From Planctomycetota bacterium (GTDB taxonomy: Bacteria > Planctomycetota > UBA1135 > UBA2386): a DNA stretch of 53,063 bases. Shown one piece after another: positions 1-9,660 of the stretch. The stretch is taken from NCBI GenBank assembly GCA_947501605.1, contig CANMWZ010000028.1, positions 1 through 53,063 on the forward strand, written 5' to 3'. The notes beneath the pieces were generated by a model, which did not search any database, was not told the origin of the DNA, and saw nothing but the letters and a program-made list of their open reading frames with translations. The translations under genes and the position numbers were made by a program. How positions within the stretch are numbered: the stretch's first letter is position 1; every line of letters starts with the position of its first letter.

Positions 1-1
1 T

Positions 2-2161
2 TCAGCGAAGGTGCTGGTGCGAGCCGCCGGAGTCCTTCGCGATCCACTCGAGGATCTCGAGGTTGCCGCCGATCGCGATCGTGTGGATCACGACCTTGCG
101 GTGTTTGTTCCACTCGGCGACGTCTTCGCGGATGCGGAACGGGTCGATCTCGGCGCCGACTGTCGGTTCGCCGTCCGACATCACGAAGATGGTGTCGACC
201 TCTTGGTCTGTGAACGCGAGCTTGACCGAGTCGTAGAGGTTGGTGCCGCCGGCGGCGCCGAGGCGCGACACCCATACCTGCGCGTCGTCGCGGTCCTGCT
301 TGGTGCCCTTCGGCATCTCGCCTTCGCGCCATGGCTGCACGCCGCTGCTGAAGGCGAGGATGTTGAACCACGCGTTCTCCTGCAGGTTCGTGATCGCCAG
401 CGACAGTTCCTGCTTGGCGATATCGATGCGCGTCGCGCGCTGGTCGTTGACCATGCGGCCGAACATCGATTCGAGCATCGAACCCGACACGTCGATGACG
501 AAGATCACGCGCGTCGACTCGACCTGGATGCCGAAGAACTTGGCGCCCGAGACGGTGCGCTGCTTCAGCCGCTTCTGCTCCTTGGCGCGAACCGCGGCAT
601 CAAACTCGTCGTCGGTCACGCAGCGGAAATCGGCCTTCGCCTGCTCCCACCACAGCGTCCACGCCTTGCTGTCGCGACCCCAAGGTTGCGCCGTGAGGTG
701 CCAGAGCGCGTCCTCGATGTCGAGCGACAAGCGGCCCGTCTCTTTCCCTAGCCGCTCGATCAGTGGCGGCACGGCGGTCGAGATGCGAAGTTGCTGCAGG
801 CCCACGACGGCGATGTGCCGCGTCGACCAGTCAGCGTGATCGAGAGCTGTGACCAACACTGGCAGCAACGACTTGGTCTTGGAGTTCGCAATCTGCTCCA
901 ACGCCGCGTTGCGAATCGACTGATTGGCGTCCACCGCGTAGGTCTTGAGTTCTTCGAGCCACTTCGAGCCGCCTTGCTCGATCGCACCGATGGCAGAGAT
1001 CGCCATCGCGCGATCGCCCGGGAGCTTGGACTTGGTCAGCATCTCACGAAGATCGGGCAACGCCTCGCGGTCGAGGTTGCGCCCGATCACGCGCGCGGCG
1101 GCGCGGCGAACCCCTTCCTCTTTGTCGGTCAGCGCTTTGCGGATCTGGGCTTGCACCTTTCCGTCCTTGATGCGGCTCGAGGCGACCAGGGCGAACACCT
1201 TCTCGTGTTCCTTGCCCTTGCCGATCAGCTTGCTGACCTTCTTCTCGGTCGCGTCGTCGCGCAGGTCGGCGATCATGGTCGCCATCTGGAAGCGCAGATC
1301 CTCGGGCGTCACGTCGCGCTTCTTGGCCAGCGCCAAGAACGTCGGCACAGCTTTCGCGCCGTCGTCGTCGATCAGGATTCGCGCAGCTTCGGCGCGGTCC
1401 GCGCCCGAGAAGTCGACGCGCTCCAAGATCCACGTCGCCATCTCGCCGGTCTTGGGGAGCTTGCGCTCGCGCATCGCCGCCAACGCCGCCCGGCGGATCT
1501 TGGACAGCGGCTCGCGCCGCAGCGCTTCGATCAGTTCTTCTTCGGTCAGCGACGGCGCCAACTGCCGGAAGGCGCGTTCGCGGATCTCTGCCAGCTCGAC
1601 CGCGACGATCTCACCCTTGTCATCCTTGCGCTGCTTGCCTTCGAGGTTCCACAGCTCGCGGTACCACGCGTTGTCACTGGCGTCGGCGAGCTTGCGGTGC
1701 TGGTCGATCGCTTGCTTGCGCACAGCGTCATCGACCTTGCTGTCGACCAGTTGCTTCAGCAAGTTCTTGCCGAAGGCCGCCGATCGCCCGAGTCCCGCGA
1801 TCGCTGGATCGCGCAGTTCGATCGTCGGCTCGTTGGCTGCAATGTTGGCCAACTTCGTGACTGCGACCTCGGCGGCTTCGTTCGACTCGGCCAAGTTGCA
1901 CAGGGAGCGAACGAGCGCTCGCCGCAGATAGAGCGTCGACGACGTGTCGTAGACCGCAACGAGGCCCTCGGCGGCGGCGCGCGTCCCCGGCGAGGCCGCC
2001 CGGTCGATGAGCGCGATGTCGGCATCGTCGCGCTTGCTGCGCAGTTCGGCGAGCGCCGCCTCGGGCGACAGATCCGTTGGATTCTGCTCCTGCGCGACGG
2101 CGACACAGGCGCAGGTGCTCAGGACGAACAGGCGGAACAGGGTGGCGACGGATGTAGGCAC
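2..2161 (-). CDS. Secreted HEAT-repeat protein with C-terminal von Willebrand A (vWA) domain
   Basis: HEAT-like repeats (e.g. DKEEGVRRAAARVIG, DWSTRHIAVVGL) and a vWA MIDAS motif (FVIDVSGSM...GGTNLYD...MSDGEP). Start placed at GTG 2161 because it gives a signal peptide ending AVA-Q and has TAGAGT 7 nt upstream. The track ORF starts at 2230. Confidence 0.85.
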   Translation of the reverse strand: MPTSVATLFRLFVLSTCACVAVAQEQNPTDLSPEAALAELRSKRDDADIALIDRAASPGTRAAAEGLVAVYDTSSTLYLRRALVRSLCNLAESNEAAEVAVTKLANIAANEPTIELRDPAIAGLGRSAAFGKNLLKQLVDSKVDDAVRKQAIDQHRKLADASDNAWYRELWNLEGKQRKDDKGEIVAVELAEIRERAFRQLAPSLTEEELIEALRREPLSKIRRAALAAMRERKLPKTGEMATWILERVDFSGADRAEAARILIDDDGAKAVPTFLALAKKRDVTPEDLRFQMATMIADLRDDATEKKVSKLIGKGKEHEKVFALVASSRIKDGKVQAQIRKALTDKEEGVRRAAARVIGRNLDREALPDLREMLTKSKLPGDRAMAISAIGAIEQGGSKWLEELKTYAVDANQSIRNAALEQIANSKTKSLLPVLVTALDHADWSTRHIAVVGLQQLRISTAVPPLIERLGKETGRLSLDIEDALWHLTAQPWGRDSKAWTLWWEQAKADFRCVTDDEFDAAVRAKEQKRLKQRTVSGAKFFGIQVESTRVIFVIDVSGSMLESMFGRMVNDQRATRIDIAKQELSLAITNLQENAWFNILAFSSGVQPWREGEMPKGTKQDRDDAQVWVSRLGAAGGTNLYDSVKLAFTDQEVDTIFVMSDGEPTVGAEIDPFRIREDVAEWNKHRKVVIHTIAIGGNLEILEWIAKDSGGSHQHLR

Positions 2162-2302
2162 GGCTCTCACTCTAGGGAATGGAACGCCGCGGATGGTCGT
2201 GGCCACGACCGGGAGAGTCAAGGTGGCCACGCCGCCGACGGCGCCGACATCCCGAGCCAGCCATTCGCCACCAGCGCCATGCTCTCTACCATCTGACGCG
2301 CC

Positions 2303-5300
2303 ATGACGCCCCCGGCCACCTGCCTTGTCGTTCCGTTCGCGCTCGCAACCGTCCTACTCCTGGCCGCTCCAGCAGGGGCCCAACACCCGACTTCTGGATC
2401 CCCCTCGAGCCAGAGCATCGACAGCAAGCAACCGATGTACGTGGCCCAGCGCAGCGCCGACGGCCAACAGTCGCTGGCCGCGATGCAGCTCGGGCAAGGA
2501 CTGCAGTCCAGCCTCGTCGCCGCCGAGCCCGACTTGTGCAATGCGGTCGCGTTCGCCATCGACGACCAAGGTCGCATCTACGTCGTCGAGACCTTCCGCA
2601 TCCACGATGGGGTGTTCGACACGCGCGAGTACATGCAGTGGAAAGACGACGACCTCGCGTGCCTCACGGTGGCCGATCGCGTGCGCAAGTACGAGCGGCA
2701 CATCAAGGACGACATCCCGAAGTACGCCAGCTACAGCGATCGCGTGAAGCTGCTGTTCGACGACAACGGCGACTTCGTCGTCGATCGCAGCACGGTCTTT
2801 GCCGACGGCTTCGCAGCACTCGAAGACGGCATCGCGTCCTCGGTGCTGCCCATCGGCAAGGACGTCTGGCTCACCAACATCCCCAAGCTGTGGAAGCTGC
2901 GCGATCAGGACGGCGACGGCCGCGCCGAAGTGCGCGAAGCGACCTTCGACGGGTTTGGCGTGCACACTTCGCTGATCGGCCACGACCTGCACGGCCTCGT
3001 GCTCGGTCCGGATCGGCGCTTGTACTTCTCGATCGGCGATCGTGGCTTCGACGTCACGACCAAAGAGGGCATTCGACTGTCCTACCCGCACGAAGGCGCC
3101 GTGTTGCGCTGCGAACTCGACGGCAGCCGCCTCGAAGTCGTGCACCGCGGCCTGCGCAACCCGCAGGAACTCGCATTCGACGATCGCGGCAACCTGTTCA
3201 CCGGCGACAACAACAGCGACGGTGGCGATCGCGCGCGCTTCGTGCAGATCGTCGACGGCGCCGATAGCGGCTGGCGCATCGGCTTTCAGTGGCTCGACGA
3301 CCGCGGCGCCTGGAACCGGGAGCGGCTGTGGTGGCCCACCCACGATCAAAGCCCGGCCGCGACGTTCGCGCCGATCCTGAACATCGCGGACGGGCCGTCG
3401 GGCCTGGCGTTCGACCCGGGACAGGGCCTCCCGGGGCGCTATCGCGGCTGCTTCTTCCTCTGCGATTTTCGCGGCGGCAGCAGCTACAGCGGCGTGCATG
3501 CGTTGCGCTTTGCCGAGAAGGGCGCCGGCTTCGAGCTCGAGTGGCGCGACCGTCCGCTGTGGAACGTGCTGGCGACTGACGTCGACTTCGGCCCGGACGG
3601 GGCGATGTACGTGTCCGATTGGGTGAGCGGCTGGAACAAGACCGGCAAGGGCCGCATCTACCGCATCGAAGCCAAGGGGCTGCGCAACGACTTGCAGGCC
3701 CGGGCCGCGGCGCGACTGATCGGCAGCGATCTCACCGCGGCGCCCGACGCGCAACTGGTCGAACTGCTGCGGCACCAAGACCGCCGCGTCCGGCAGAAGG
3801 CGCAGTTCGCCCTGGTCGACCGCGATGCCCGCAGTCTGCTGCTGGCTGCCGCCAAGGACCAGGATGGCGGCAAGGCCCGCCTGTGCGGCATCTGGGGTCT
3901 CGGCATCCTCGGGCGCTCCGACCGTGCGGCCGTCGAGCCACTCGTGGCACTGCTCGGCGACAACGATGCCGACGTGCGGGCGCAGACCGCGCACGTGCTC
4001 GGCGACGCGCACCTGCTGACGGCAACCGACAAACTCGTCGATGCCCTGAAGGACAGCAGCGCTCGCGTGCAACGGGAAGCGGCGCTCGCCCTAGCCCGCA
4101 TCGGCAGGGCAGCGGCTACGAGTCTTGGCGAGCCGACGATCACTGCGCTCATTGACGCCGTCAGCAGCAATGCCGACCGCGATCCCGTGCTGCGCCATGC
4201 GTTCGCACAGGCCATGGCCGGGATCCAGGAAGCGGATCGCGTCGTCGCGCTCACGAGCGACCACCGAGGGTCCGTTCGACTCGCCGCCGTGCTCGCACTG
4301 CGTTTCTCGCGCGATGCCCGCATCGTCGCGTTCCTCAACGACGGTGACGTCGTGATCCGTCGCGAAGCGGCGCGCGCGATCTATGACACCGACTTGGCTG
4401 CGGCACTGCCAAAACTCGCGTCGACCCTAGGCAATGTCGACTGCAACGACGAGCCGTTCGCGTGGCGCGCATTGAATGCCGCGCGACTGCTCGGCGGCGC
4501 CGACAACGCCGCGCGCCTTGCCGCGTATGCGACCAACGCGGACCGGCCGATCGCGATGCGCGGCGAGGCGCTGGCGATTCTCGGCGAATGGCGTGCGCCG
4601 CACGGCCAGGACCGCGTGCTCGGAAACTGGCGGCCGGCATTGCGCTCCGATGACGATCGCAACGACGCCTCGTGGCACGAGCGGATCGTGGCCATGCTCC
4701 CGTTCGACCCTCTCGCCGAAGCAGCCGCCAAAGCCTGCGCGTCGCAGCGCATCACAGCAGCATCGGCGCCGCTCGCCAGCGTCGCGATGGACCGCGCCCG
4801 CCCCGAGCGCGTCCGTACCGCTGCCCTGCAGGCGTTGGCGGCGCTCGACGATGCCGCCGTCGACACGATCGTCGCCGGCATCACCGACGAAGACCCGACG
4901 AACCTGCGCACCGAGGCGGTCAAGCTGTTCGCCAAGCGTGAGCCGAGGAAGGCCGCCCCCGTGCTCGCAAGCCTGTGTCGCAAGGCAGGACGGCAGGAAC
5001 GCCAAGCCGCGTTTGCTGCACTCGGCGCGCTGCAGGATGACAGCGGCGCGGTCGTCCTTGGCGAGTGGCTCACAGCACTGGCCAAGGGGCAAGTCGACGC
5101 CGAGGTCCAGCTCGACGTTCTCCTCGCTGCCGCCGAACGGACCGAGCCGAGCCTCGTGCAACGCTTGCGAGACCTCGAGGCCGCGCGCGATCCAAACGAC
5201 CTCCTGGCCGCATTCACCGTCTGCCTCGAAGGCGGCGACGTCGAGCAGGGCCGACGCATCTTCTTCGACAACGAAGCCACCCGCTGCACGCGCTGCCACA

Positions 5301-5659
5301 CCGCAGATGGCAAAGGCGGCAACGCCGGTCCGGTACTCGACGGCATCGGCAAACAGCCGCGCCCCTACTTGCTGGAGTCGCTCGTGGTCCCGAGCAAGGT
5401 GATCGCCCAGGGCTTCGCGACGACGATGCTGCACCTTCACAACGGCGATGTGCTCGCCGGCATCGTCACCAAGGACCAAGATGGAATGGTCGAGATCACC
5501 GGCATCGACGGCCAGAGCCAGAAGGTCGAGCACGCTCGTATCCAAACCCGGCGAACCGCGACCGACAGCGCCATGCCGGCGATGGGCGGCAGCCTCGACC
5601 GGCGTCAACTGCGCGACCTGATCGCGTTCCTGAGCCACATGCAAACAGCCGCGAAATGA
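2303..5659 (+). CDS. PVC-type heme-binding CxxCH protein (beta-propeller membrane-bound dehydrogenase domain + HEAT repeats + cytochrome c)
   Basis: Signal peptide; GLRNPQELAFDDRGNLFTGDN propeller motif; HEAT repeats; C-terminal CTRCH...GPVL...SAMP cytochrome c motif. Confidence 0.9.
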   Translation: MTPPATCLVVPFALATVLLLAAPAGAQHPTSGSPSSQSIDSKQPMYVAQRSADGQQSLAAMQLGQGLQSSLVAAEPDLCNAVAFAIDDQGRIYVVETFRIHDGVFDTREYMQWKDDDLACLTVADRVRKYERHIKDDIPKYASYSDRVKLLFDDNGDFVVDRSTVFADGFAALEDGIASSVLPIGKDVWLTNIPKLWKLRDQDGDGRAEVREATFDGFGVHTSLIGHDLHGLVLGPDRRLYFSIGDRGFDVTTKEGIRLSYPHEGAVLRCELDGSRLEVVHRGLRNPQELAFDDRGNLFTGDNNSDGGDRARFVQIVDGADSGWRIGFQWLDDRGAWNRERLWWPTHDQSPAATFAPILNIADGPSGLAFDPGQGLPGRYRGCFFLCDFRGGSSYSGVHALRFAEKGAGFELEWRDRPLWNVLATDVDFGPDGAMYVSDWVSGWNKTGKGRIYRIEAKGLRNDLQARAAARLIGSDLTAAPDAQLVELLRHQDRRVRQKAQFALVDRDARSLLLAAAKDQDGGKARLCGIWGLGILGRSDRAAVEPLVALLGDNDADVRAQTAHVLGDAHLLTATDKLVDALKDSSARVQREAALALARIGRAAATSLGEPTITALIDAVSSNADRDPVLRHAFAQAMAGIQEADRVVALTSDHRGSVRLAAVLALRFSRDARIVAFLNDGDVVIRREAARAIYDTDLAAALPKLASTLGNVDCNDEPFAWRALNAARLLGGADNAARLAAYATNADRPIAMRGEALAILGEWRAPHGQDRVLGNWRPALRSDDDRNDASWHERIVAMLPFDPLAEAAAKACASQRITAASAPLASVAMDRARPERVRTAALQALAALDDAAVDTIVAGITDEDPTNLRTEAVKLFAKREPRKAAPVLASLCRKAGRQERQAAFAALGALQDDSGAVVLGEWLTALAKGQVDAEVQLDVLLAAAERTEPSLVQRLRDLEAARDPNDLLAAFTVCLEGGDVEQGRRIFFDNEATRCTRCHTADGKGGNAGPVLDGIGKQPRPYLLESLVVPSKVIAQGFATTMLHLHNGDVLAGIVTKDQDGMVEITGIDGQSQKVEHARIQTRRTATDSAMPAMGGSLDRRQLRDLIAFLSHMQTAAK

Positions 5660-5713
5660 GCAGCGGGCCAAACCGAGGGTGAACGGTCCGGGTCGACAGC
5701 TACGCTGCCACCC

Positions 5714-6000
5714 ATGTTCATCCGCACGGGAGCGTTCGTTCCGACTTGTTATCGGCCCTTCCTTGCATCCGTGCTGGTGCTCGGCGCCGGCCTCGGCCAA
5801 GAAGCCTCGACTTCGACGCCCCAGGAGCCGGTCGCACCGACCGCGACGACAACGACCGCGCCGCGGCCGCTCTACCAACTCGAGATCCAGGCGGTGCGGT
5901 GCTCGTGACGGCGATCGCGCTGCCCCTGTGCTCCCGATACCGCGACCTGAAGCGGTCGGGCCGCTGCCGTTTCACGCGCTACCTCTGAGGCAGGTGCGCA
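5714..6000 (+). pseudogene. Possible remnant of a secreted-protein gene (frameshifted, truncated)
   Basis: 64-aa ORF with a signal-peptide-like start and Pro/Thr linker stops at AVRCS*. An adjacent frame continues DGDRAAPVLP, then the region runs into the convergent DUF1501 gene. Confidence 0.3.
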
Positions 6001-6026
6001 GGCAGGATGCGGTCGCGGACGGGCCG

Positions 6027-7451
6027 CTACGTCAGCAATTCGCCGCGCACCTTGCCGGCAACATCCGTGAGCCGAAAGTCCCGGCCCTCGAACCGATAGG
6101 TCAGCGCTTCGTGGTCGAGGCCGAGCAGGTGCAGGATCGTCGCCTGCAGGTCGTGCACATGGATGCTGGTATCGGTGATCGCGTAGCCGAGTTCGTCGGT
6201 GGCCCCCACGACAGCACCCTGCTTCACGCCGGCGCCCGCCATCAACATGGTGAAGCAGTGCGGATGATGGTCGCGGCCTAAAAACTTGCTGCCGTTGCGC
6301 TCTTCGTTCATCGGCGTACGCCCGAACTCGCCGCCCCAGACCACCAACGTCTCCGCCAACAAACCGCGGCGACGCAGATCGGTGATCAAGGCTGCCAGCG
6401 GGCGATCCAGTTCGCGGCACTTCTTGGGGAACTGCGTGCCTAGGTCGTCACCGGGCCCGGTGCCATGATGGTCCCAGCCAGAGTCGTAGAGTTGCACGAA
6501 GCGCACGCCGCGCTCGACCAAGCGCCGCGCGAGCAGGCAGTTGTTGGCAAAGCTCACCTTGCCGGGCTCAGTGCCGTAGAGGCGATGCACCTCCTCGGGC
6601 TCACTCTGGATATCGGCGGCCTCGGGCACCGACATCTGCATGCGAAACGCGAGTTCATGCTGCTCGATGCGCGACAGCGTCTCGGGATCGCCGGTACGCG
6701 CATGCTGCATCGCGTTGAGGTCGCGGCCGACATCGAGCATCCGCCGACGCGCGGCGCGATCGATGTCCGCTGGGTCCTCGAGGAACAGCACGGGATCGCC
6801 CTTGCTGCGCAGTTGCACACCTTGCAGCGACGATGGCAGAAAGCCGCTGCCAAACACGCTCTTGCCCGCGCTCGGCAAGGTGCCGCTCACCAGCACGACA
6901 AAGCCAGGCAGGTTCTGGTTCTCGCTGCCGAGGCCATAGCAGACCCAACTCCCCATCGCCGGGCGGCCGATCCGCGGCGAACCCGTGAACATCAAGAACT
7001 CGGCCGGCGCGTGGTTGAACTGGTCGGTGTGCATCGACTTGACCACGAGCAGGTCGTCCATGACCTGTCCGAGGTGCGGCAGCAGTTCGACGACGTCGAC
7101 CCCAGCGCGCCCGCACTTGCGAAACGGGTAGCGCGTGCCGAGCAGCTTGGGGTGGCCCTTGATGAACGCAAACCGCATGCGTTCGAGGAACTCGGCCGGG
7201 CACGGCGTGCCGTCGTACTTCTGCAGCAGTGGCTTTGGGTCGAACAGGTCGAGCGAGGACGGCGCACCCTCCATGTGCAGGTAGATGACGCTCTTGCAGC
7301 GCGGTGGCCGCGGCCGCACGAGAGTTCGCGGCGCCCGCGGGTCCTGGACCACAGGCGGCAGGTAACGCTGCAAGGCCAGCGCGCCGAGACTCAGTGCCCC
7401 GGTCTGCAGGAAGCTGCGGCGGCTGTCGCGCACGAAGTCGAGAGGGCCCAT
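6027..7451 (-). CDS. DUF1501 domain protein (planctomycete sulfatase-like, Tat-like signal)
   Basis: SRRSFL signal; VIYLHMEGAPSSLDLFDPKP; CLLARRLVERGVRFVQL; GWDHH; WGGEFGRTP; GRDHHP; RLTDVAG. Start ATG 7451. Confidence 0.92.
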   Translation of the reverse strand: MGPLDFVRDSRRSFLQTGALSLGALALQRYLPPVVQDPRAPRTLVRPRPPRCKSVIYLHMEGAPSSLDLFDPKPLLQKYDGTPCPAEFLERMRFAFIKGHPKLLGTRYPFRKCGRAGVDVVELLPHLGQVMDDLLVVKSMHTDQFNHAPAEFLMFTGSPRIGRPAMGSWVCYGLGSENQNLPGFVVLVSGTLPSAGKSVFGSGFLPSSLQGVQLRSKGDPVLFLEDPADIDRAARRRMLDVGRDLNAMQHARTGDPETLSRIEQHELAFRMQMSVPEAADIQSEPEEVHRLYGTEPGKVSFANNCLLARRLVERGVRFVQLYDSGWDHHGTGPGDDLGTQFPKKCRELDRPLAALITDLRRRGLLAETLVVWGGEFGRTPMNEERNGSKFLGRDHHPHCFTMLMAGAGVKQGAVVGATDELGYAITDTSIHVHDLQATILHLLGLDHEALTYRFEGRDFRLTDVAGKVRGELLT

Positions 7452-7555
7452 GGCGGCGATCACTGTGCCCGCCGCTGGCTTCGTTGCAACCGGTGGTCGT
7501 GCCACGATTCTGCTGGTTGCGAATCCCCACCCCACATGTCATATCGTGGGCCACG

Positions 7556-7945
7556 ATGCCGAATCCCAAGCCCGAAGCCACGCCCGCCAAGAATGTCCTC
7601 GGCACGGCGCTCAAGCCGTGCAGCCAGAAACCACTGACCGGGTTCTTTCGCGATGGCTGCTGCAACACCGACGAACACGACCACGGCGTGCACACCGTCT
7701 GCGTCGAGATGACGGCCGAGTTCTTGGCCTACAGCAAGGCCGCCGGCAATGACCTGTCGACGCCGCGGCCAGAGTTCGCCTTCCCTGGCCTGAAGCCCTT
7801 GGACCACTGGTGCCTGTGCGCCGCACGCTGGGTCGAAGCCAACGAGGACGGCAAGGCTCCGCGCGTGGTGCTCGAGTCGACGCACGAGCGGACCTTGGAC
7901 TACGTGACACTTGCCGTACTCAAAGGCAGCACGATCCCGGGCTAG
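7556..7945 (+). CDS. DUF2237 family protein
   Basis: NVLGTALKPCSQKPLTGFFRDGCC...HTVC...GNDLSTPRPEF.FPGLKP..WCLCAARW.EA...APRV.LESTH. Confidence 0.9.
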   Translation: MPNPKPEATPAKNVLGTALKPCSQKPLTGFFRDGCCNTDEHDHGVHTVCVEMTAEFLAYSKAAGNDLSTPRPEFAFPGLKPLDHWCLCAARWVEANEDGKAPRVVLESTHERTLDYVTLAVLKGSTIPG

Positions 7946-7969
7946 GAGAAGCCCGGCGCGGCATCGATT

Positions 7970-9373
7970 TCAGAACGCGATCTGCCACTGCATTCGCACG
8001 CCGATGCCGTCGTCACCAACCCGGTAGCCAGCACCCGAGTTGGCCACCGGCGCGCCGTCGAGCCAGGTCACGTCGAAGGTGAACTTGTTGTTGTGCGTCT
8101 GGTCGACGTACCAGTTGAGGCCGACGGCGTATTCGTTCGAGTTCTTGTACTTGCCATGGATCGTCGAGTAGCGCACCACTGGCTCGAGCGTCTTGCTGAC
8201 CAAGAAGGTGCCGGCTTCGACATAGCCACCGCGGTCCTGCACCGAGCCATCGGGGAAGCTCGTGACCGTGGTCCCGAGCGGCGTGAGGTCGGTGAGCCAG
8301 CGCTGGAACAACTCGCCGTGCAATGACCAACCGCGGCACTTGAACGCCGCGTCGACCGCGAGCAACGACTCATCGAACGCATCGACACCGAGCGAGGTGA
8401 GGCGCGAACCGTCGCTGATGCGCAAAAAGCGCGACTCGCCGATGGAAGCCCCGGACGCACTCGCGCCGCCCTGTTGGCCGTAGGAGTAGCTCGCACCCAT
8501 TTGCGCGGCGAGATCCTTGTGTTCTTCCATGTCGGCATAGCCTGAGCCGTATTTGGCCATCGGTTCGAACCAGACCGAAGCCGAGTAGGCCGGCTTGGTG
8601 TTGACCTGATCGGGAGTGAGGTCGCTGGTGGAGAGACCATTGCCGATCATCGCACGGTACCAAACACCATCGAGAGGCTGCCCGATCGCCCACACGCCCA
8701 GCGTTCGGTCGGTGCGGAAGTACGTCGTCGCCATCGAACGGTCGGCGAAGTGGGTGCGCGTCGAACCATTCAGCCAGTCGCGCGAGCCGGGCACGAAGGC
8801 CTTGCCGGCATAGAGATCGAACGACTTGCTGAACTCGTAGTTGAACCAGAAGTCGTGGAAGATCACGACGTGGCCGTCATCCGTGTCGGCGTCGAGGTTG
8901 ATGTAGAAGTGCATCCTCGGGTCGATCCAGGTCCCGCGGAACTCGAGTCGCCCGCGCTCGATCTCGATCTCGTCAAGCGCCGTCACATCGACCGGAGTAG
9001 CCGTCGCTGCGGTCTCGCGATTCTGGTAGGAGTCGGTGTCTGGGGCGAAACCCGTGTAGCGGAGTTGCATGCGACCGTTGATGCGTAGCTCGAAGGGGTT
9101 CGCTGCATCGGTCGAGCGCATCACGTAGCCCTTGTCGTACTTCATCTCGAAGCCGCTGGTCGCCGGCTTCGCCTGTTGGTCCTGCTGCTGCTTGATCAGC
9201 TCCTTGAGCATTGCCCCTTGCTCGTCGACACGCCGCTGCAGCTCCTGCAGAGTCGGTTGCGGCTTGGCAGCTTCAGGCTCTTGGGCAACGCTGCGCGTAG
9301 CGAGAAGCGCGATGACAACGGCGGCAACTACGGTAGTCGGGAACGCAAACAGTTGACGATGGGGAGGGTTCAT
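7970..9373 (-). CDS. Outer-membrane porin, OprO/OprP-like
   Basis: Signal peptide, N-terminal coiled coil, FELRINGRMQLRY, alternating beta-strand pattern, GLNWY, terminal WQIAF. Confidence 0.8.
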   Translation of the reverse strand: MNPPHRQLFAFPTTVVAAVVIALLATRSVAQEPEAAKPQPTLQELQRRVDEQGAMLKELIKQQQDQQAKPATSGFEMKYDKGYVMRSTDAANPFELRINGRMQLRYTGFAPDTDSYQNRETAATATPVDVTALDEIEIERGRLEFRGTWIDPRMHFYINLDADTDDGHVVIFHDFWFNYEFSKSFDLYAGKAFVPGSRDWLNGSTRTHFADRSMATTYFRTDRTLGVWAIGQPLDGVWYRAMIGNGLSTSDLTPDQVNTKPAYSASVWFEPMAKYGSGYADMEEHKDLAAQMGASYSYGQQGGASASGASIGESRFLRISDGSRLTSLGVDAFDESLLAVDAAFKCRGWSLHGELFQRWLTDLTPLGTTVTSFPDGSVQDRGGYVEAGTFLVSKTLEPVVRYSTIHGKYKNSNEYAVGLNWYVDQTHNNKFTFDVTWLDGAPVANSGAGYRVGDDGIGVRMQWQIAF

Positions 9374-9595
9374 CAGTAGTGGGCTCAGAGACCGCGCTCG
9401 GTGCAGGGCAAGATCGAACTTCGCCAGTGCGGCGCCATCCGTGAGGTAGTGGATAAGAAGCCAAGAGCAAACGGCGCGCCAGCACGCAGCACGTCGAGGC
9501 CTGCTCGGATTCGGGACGGGCTGCCAAGGCCGCAGAGACGCTGCTCACGACTTCGCAATCGCGCCCAGACTTCGACGGCATGGGGCAACGCCGCC

Positions 9596-9630
9596 GGCGA
9601 AGAACGAGAGTTCGGCCTCGCCTCTTCGCC
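9596..9630. other. Imperfect hairpin in divergent intergenic region
   Basis: ggcgaaga (9596-9603) pairs with tcttcgcc (9623-9630), with an inner cgag/ctcg stem. Confidence 0.3.
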
Positions 9631-9660
9631 AACGCCGCGACTGCCGCCATGCTGTGTGCC

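Noticed and set aside
5906..5950. TGA read-through (Sec) of the 64-aa ORF
   Set aside because: Read-through adds only about 13 unremarkable residues before the next stop, and there is no redox motif context.
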